From Moniliella sp. 'wahieum' (lineage: Eukaryota), in the NCBI GenBank assembly GCA_003971905.1, contig RSEE01000026.1:434001-498000 (forward strand): DNA of 64,000 nt. Direction: 5' to 3'. The translations under genes and the position numbers were made by a program. The notes beneath the pieces were generated by a model that saw only the letters and a list, made by a program, of their open reading frames with translations, had not been told where the DNA came from and searched no databases. This document shows, one piece after another, positions 63,529 to 64,000 of the stretch (position 1 is its first letter; each line of letters starts with the position of its first letter).

Positions 63529-64000
63529 CGCGTACCCCCTTCCCGTTCTTTTTTTCTCCCTTTGCTCTCTCTTCCTATTTCCGTGCCCTACCGCTGTCAG
63601 ACCATCTTCGGCACGCACATCCTCTTCCTGCCAGCGGTTTGTTTGTTCTTGAATATGCAGTCGATATAAACCAATCTATCTGCGTGGTACTCATGATCGA
63701 CGAGGCGAGCCAACATCGGTGTGAGACTGATGAACGGTTGATAGGTGATGTACTCCCGTTTTCAACACTCCTCTGCTTCCATACCTCGACAATCTTGATG
63801 GACTCGTAAGCTGGCTAGTATACGGAACATGATTATGACTGTGGTATGGCATCTGACATTCCAGAGCAAGGGAGAGGTTGAATGGTAGCTAACATGCAGT
63901 GTAGACCCTACAACTGCTGCACCTGCGAATCCCGGCTTGGTCGTGTGGCGGGTACATCTGGGATGTGTATACGCGTCCCACGGGACAATTGACGAAGGCA

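Noticed and set aside
63690..64000. Possible 3' exons of a minus-strand gene at the window edge
   Set aside because: Only a short frame and a tentative intron are visible; insufficient to call.

Overview
GC-rich, intron-poor fungal genomic DNA, most likely a basidiomycete, judging from the pyruvate carboxylase N-terminus, SNF5 architecture, DUF6533-like and DUF3533 genes, and short GT-AG introns with CTAAC/CTGAC branch sites. Nearly every gene, including essential ones, is broken by single-base frameshifts. These look like uncorrected long-read indels, so gene coordinates are reconstructions. Recognisable genes: secreted double RlpA/DPBB protein, 5'-truncated VPS68 fragment, SNF5, a diaminopropionate ammonia-lyase/M20 amidohydrolase fusion, mitochondrial phosphate carrier, IQM-family protein, SNG1/DUF3533 protein, bHLH factor, RNase T2, DUF6533-like membrane protein, an opsin, SERCA, RPS0 and pyruvate carboxylase. 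Mobile DNA: a complete young Ty1/copia element (3200-8436) and a ~600-bp fold-back element. Three signals stand out. (1) A pervasive intergenic motif, TNA-[4-bp palindrome]-TNA, occurs at more than 60 loci, uses 15 of the 16 possible cores and chains with a 7-bp period. (2) The copia element has an in-frame TAG between gag and pol and a primer-binding site matching a half tRNA-Tyr. (3) The opsin keeps the Schiff-base Lys but has a D-S-A motif and a remodelled retinal pocket.
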